From contig NW_027117339.1 in assembly GCF_038025025.1 (NCBI RefSeq), forward strand, positions 2,232,001-2,296,000: DNA of 64,000 nucleotides, given 5' to 3'. Positions 59,532 to 64,000 of the stretch are shown here, one piece after another. Under the pieces are notes generated by a model. The model was not told where the DNA came from. It did not search any database and worked only from the letters and a program-made list of their open reading frames with translations. Position 1 is the first letter of the stretch; the number at the start of each line of letters is the position of its first letter. The translations under genes and the position numbers were made by a program. Source of the stretch: Phyllosticta citribraziliensis. Lineage: Eukaryota.

Positions 59532-62500
59532 ACAGCCCCTTGCCGCCCGACATGACCACCACAGCTGCTGCTGCGCGTTCATCTTTTCCTCTCCCTCTTC
59601 GTATCCATGTCGGCTCTTCCCCGTCATTCGCGTGGATGGGATGGTGGGAGCGTGTGGGTCGGACCGGCTCTTTTCTGTCCGTCGCCACCACCACATCACA
59701 TGCATTAGTGCATGGCTCCTCTCTGTTGCCATCGAGGCGGGCACATGGCCGCTTGGGTCCACTGTTGGCGTCTACGGGGGCCATGATTTGTTTCAGGATT
59801 GAATTGATGCTGCCTGCACTGCCACTGCCCACTGCTGCTGCTGCTGCTGCTCTCTGTTTGGACCATATGGTTGGCCCCCACGATGGATGATGCACGCACG
59901 TGTGGTGTGGGTGTGAGAAAAATATCTCTCTCTCTCTCTTTCTCTGCGTTATTTCATTTCGTTTCGTTGTTGCTATGTATGGACAAAAGAGAGTGCAAAT
60001 GATGGAGAGAGATGATTGGAGATTGTGGCCATGTTGGACTGACTGCCTGCCCTGCTACAGACAGGGGGGGATGAGGATTTCGGCCTCTCTAGCGAGGTGG
60101 AGAGAAGATGAGGGCTTTTGGGACACAATTTGAAATAGCGTTTTGCTCGGCCCATCATGGCATGGCGACAGCGACGTCACCGTGGGTGTGGGTGGATGCT
60201 GTGGGGGCTGGCGCTAGATACACTTTTGCTGCTCTCCTCCGGCCGTGGGTTATCTTGTTTGTTTAATGAGGAGTGGGGACGGGCAGTCAAGTCGAGTCAA
60301 CGTGTGGTAAAGGCATGTGTACAAGCCGGGCGGTGAGGGGGCAGAAGGAGGCGGGTGGTTGATGGATGGAGGTGCAAGCGAGTCGACAGGACGGACAACA
60401 GCAGCCATCGACGGCAAAGCAGCGCGGATACTGCGGGCGTGCGCGGGCTTGGGACGGCGGAAAGCAGCGGACAGCAACACCTCAGCGGAACCCATCAAAG
60501 ACGCAGACTCCCCTTTGCCCCATCCGTACTCAGCCGGGCAGGGAGACGCTCCGACTGGTCGGTTGGGTCTGCGTGCATGCATATCGCAGGAAGAGAGACG
60601 TGCGCTGCTGAGTGGAGAAGTCGCCAGGCACTTTGGTTGATGGTGATCAAACAAACATCGGCCGGTCAATCGGGTCAGGCGGTGGTGCGGGCGTCTCTCG
60701 CTCATCAGAGCTGGCGATGCTGACGATTGGATGAGTGATGATGATTGATTTGATGAATGCTGGGCCCGAGCGGAGGGCGGAGAGCACGAAAGAGGAAATG
60801 AAGAAATTGGACTGCGGACAGAATAGGACGAGGCGGGCGATGACGGGAAGAGATTGCTGTCGGGGGCGTGCGGTGGCCTTTTGATGAGAGAGAGACTGGC
60901 TGGGGAGCGGAGGTCAGGTCAGGAAGGGACAAGTGACGGGAGCACGTCTCTCTGCCTCCCGTCTCCATCTCATCTCATCACATCACGACAAAAACGCCGT
61001 GGTGTTGAACTTGGGAAATTGCCCTCCATGGGCATGACGTCGTTTGTTTGTTTCTCGGCTTCTTCTTCGTCTCCTTTCTTGCACGCCATGCCATGCATCT
61101 GTCCCAGTTCTCTCTCCTTCTCGCTCACCCCCTCCCCTTCGGCTCCGCCTCAAACGCGCACCCCATCTGCCTGTCACGAAACAGTCGCCGCGCATTACAT
61201 CCTGACGCCCACCATGTCGACGGCGACCTTGCTTCCTCATGCATGCAAAACGCATGGCCGCAACGCCGCAGGCATGGCCCACGCCCCCTTGCGCCTATAG
61301 CGCCCGCCTCAAACCTCAATGCCTACCCGTCGCCTAACTGCTAGGTCACAGCTGCTGCGGAAACACGCTGTCGCCAACGACTACGTCGACACAAGAAACG
61401 CTGCCAACGTCGGCGGTCAAGCGACCAACTGCGGAAGAACCGTCGGCGGCGCACGGCTTGTGTCCAGGATGCCCGGGGGAGAGCAGTCAGCACGGAGAGA
61501 GAAGCTTTTTCGTTGCCCACATGCACAAACACACCAAGACGCCTCAAACGCTGTCGTCAGGTCGACGGCAACACGCGAGCTACTCACTGTACTTCAGGCA
61601 AGGCCTCCACCCCCAAGGTCACGACCCATAGTCGCCTTGCTTCAGATGGCGCAAAAAAGCCACAAGCGAGCCGAAAGTCTGAGAGCATGCGACATACGAT
61701 TTACGCGACGAGAATGCAAAGACAACAGAATTTTCGCAGACGGCAAGTTACTCTTGGGTTTCGCGACAGCAAGCAATAGACTTCAGTCTGGCAAAATTCG
61801 TCCCAAGTCAAAGACGAGGATGCAGAGGTCGACAGAGGTGAGGTCGCGGCGACTGGCTGCGCGACAACGTCAGCGGCGTCGCGGGCCCGGCGCCTCCAGC
61901 TGCGCAGTGGCGTCAGAGGGACGAGCTTGGCTTTGCGCGCTGATGCTTGGCTCAGTCGCTTCTACGTGGTTCCCAGTCGCTGTTGTGGTCGAGGGGCTCC
62001 CAGCCAGTCTGCTGCTGCCATGGCCGCTGCAGGCTCAGCACCTGGTCATCCGTACCACGCCAAAAGCTCGACAGGGTGGGTGAGAGGGGGGTGAACCGAG
62101 AAGACTTTGGTGAGTGGGCGCTTGATGTTTCCACTTTGCGGTTTCATCCTCTCGTCTGTTTCTGCTCCACCGTGTTGTTTGGCGACGACGGAGGGAGCAA
62201 GCGACAAGCGACCCCTGCTGCCCGCAGGCCAGGGTCTTTCTTGTCCTCCGTCATTGCACGAGCTTATATTCGTCTCTATCTCTTTTGGCTTTTGCTGCCC
62301 TGAAGTGACGACTGCCCGGTAACTTTACTTTAAAGCTAGACGTTGGTTGGCGTCGACGGCTCTACTGGGCGTGGCGTCGCGTGGGTAGTTCAGTGGCGCT
62401 TTGACTGGCCCTCATCCACGGCTTAGCGGCGGCGGCAGTGCAGCTCCTCCACAGAATCCACCACAGCAGCAGGACCCTGATCATCGCTGCCTCTTCATTA

Positions 62501-64000
62501 GCGAACCGCCGTCACAGTACGTACGTACGAACGGACGTACGGTACGCGGGGACAAGAATGACGGTAGTGCGAACTGCTAGATCTACCTAGGGTACCTGAT
62601 AATCGCCCGTGTCGTATTTTTCCTCAATCTTTGGTTCTCGCCAATCCGCACTTCTCACCTGAGAGACGACGCAAACTGTCACCTAATTTTTCCATTGCTA
62701 TGTCACCACCCATCGTTCCACTACTGCGAGCCTGGCGCTGCATCGCGTCTGGCATCCTTTCCAAGGAGGGACACCCAGCCAGCAACCAGACCAATAGCAA
62801 CGCCATCGCAACTGTGATTGCAATCGCATCATCTTTCTACCTAGCCTCATGTCTGTCTCTCCGGGAGAATACAACTGGTGCTAACAAAAAAAATAAAAAA
62901 AATAATCAACGCTGATTGATTGGTCGACTGATTTTTCGATCTTGTGATGCAGCCAACAGCAAAAGGTAGGGAGGGTGGTACTGCAACCATCAGAAAGAGA
63001 CCACCACAACCATCCCAACGGCGCGCAGGAGCAGCGCAGGGAGACGAGCCCAGCAGCTGAGGCCGCTACCCTATGCTGCGATGCCGCGCTGACGATGCAG
63101 CATGACGACAGCGACACTCTGGATAACCTCGCGACATTACTCAGGCCACGCCCCGTCGTCATTTCGCGATACTCTTGAGGCACAACCCACGTCCCATGCG
63201 GCTGTTGCGAGACAAGAGGACGGAAGGCTTTCTTGCTTCGGGTCGGTCGCGTACAGAGTTAGCCTCTGGTGTGTGCCTCAAAGCTACGCACCACCTGTCT
63301 ACATCTCCGCGCCACTACTGGCAACGACGAATATGCTCGAAGTCTAGTCGCCGGCGAATGAACAAGCCGGCAAATCAAAAGACGACGACAACAGCCAGCG
63401 CGCACTCCGCCCCGCACGCGAACGACAATAGCAACGACAACAACAGCGCCACAGCCGAAAAAGAGCATAGATGAGAGAGGCAAGCCTAAAAAAGGAACAT
63501 GCTCATTGGAGGACAAGGTACCGAGGGGCGAGCGCGGCGGGTGATGATGAAGCGGCTGTCGACGTCGCGGGGATGTCTCCTGTCGGCCAGCTGCACGCTG
63601 ATGTCGTTGTTGTCCTGCGGGTGTGGAGCGTGCAGCACACACACACACCGCAGTCAGGGAAGACGCATCTTCTCCCACACCACCTGGAACCGTAACTACC
63701 CTCCTCCTTCAGGGCATACTTTCACTCCGCATACGTACATGCATGCTGCCTGTGGGCGCCCGCCTGCCTACAGTACTGCACTTACCTAACTGACCTTTCC
63801 CTTCCCTTCCCTACCCTCCCTCCTCCTGCTTCACGCCGCGCCGGCAGATGGGCCTGGATGGCTTGCATTCGAATGGCTGGGACACCCTCTCTTCCTCGCC
63901 GCCATCCCCTCACGCAGCCTGTGCCGCCGCTCGCACTACCGCCGCCCGACAGGGTTGACCGCTGGCTTTGCTTTATTCTACTGCCCGTCGCTCGTGCGGG

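Noticed and set aside
58574..64000. ORFs downstream of flbC (e.g. 61319-62083)
   Set aside because: No recognisable protein features or splice-consistent structure.

Overview
Eukaryotic DNA from a filamentous ascomycete (Pezizomycotina; a Dothideomycete is my guess), with short GT-AG introns and CTRAC/CTRAY branch sites. Positions 1-49.3 kb are gene-dense: NTR2, an NDUFAF7/MidA-like methyltransferase, cysteine synthase, dynamitin, an LSD1-type histone demethylase, the CreB deubiquitinase, YOS1, a PAS hybrid histidine kinase, USB1, Pal1, carbamoyl-phosphate synthase large subunit, LCL3, ARPC2, DIP2/UTP12 and a DUF1295 protein. The developmental C2H2 regulator flbC lies in a ~15 kb gene desert (49.3-64 kb). 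Three multi-exon genes that the ORF track fragments were rebuilt by hand from splice signals: YOS1, a 160-aa orphan and a 245-aa secreted Pro/Gln/Thr-rich protein. The most unusual signals are: (i) a dispersed family of 33/34-bp tandem arrays with a TAGGGAGCATTCA core at three loci, two of them inside MITE-like inverted repeats; (ii) a 192-nt in-frame, stop-free, hairpin-forming intron inside a PAS domain of the kinase; (iii) shared and complementary motifs in two adjacent YOS1 introns; (iv) an apparently obligatory GAG 3' splice site in USB1. I saw no tRNA, rRNA, CRISPR array, intact transposase or secondary-metabolite cluster. All family assignments come from motif recognition by eye; no database search was run.
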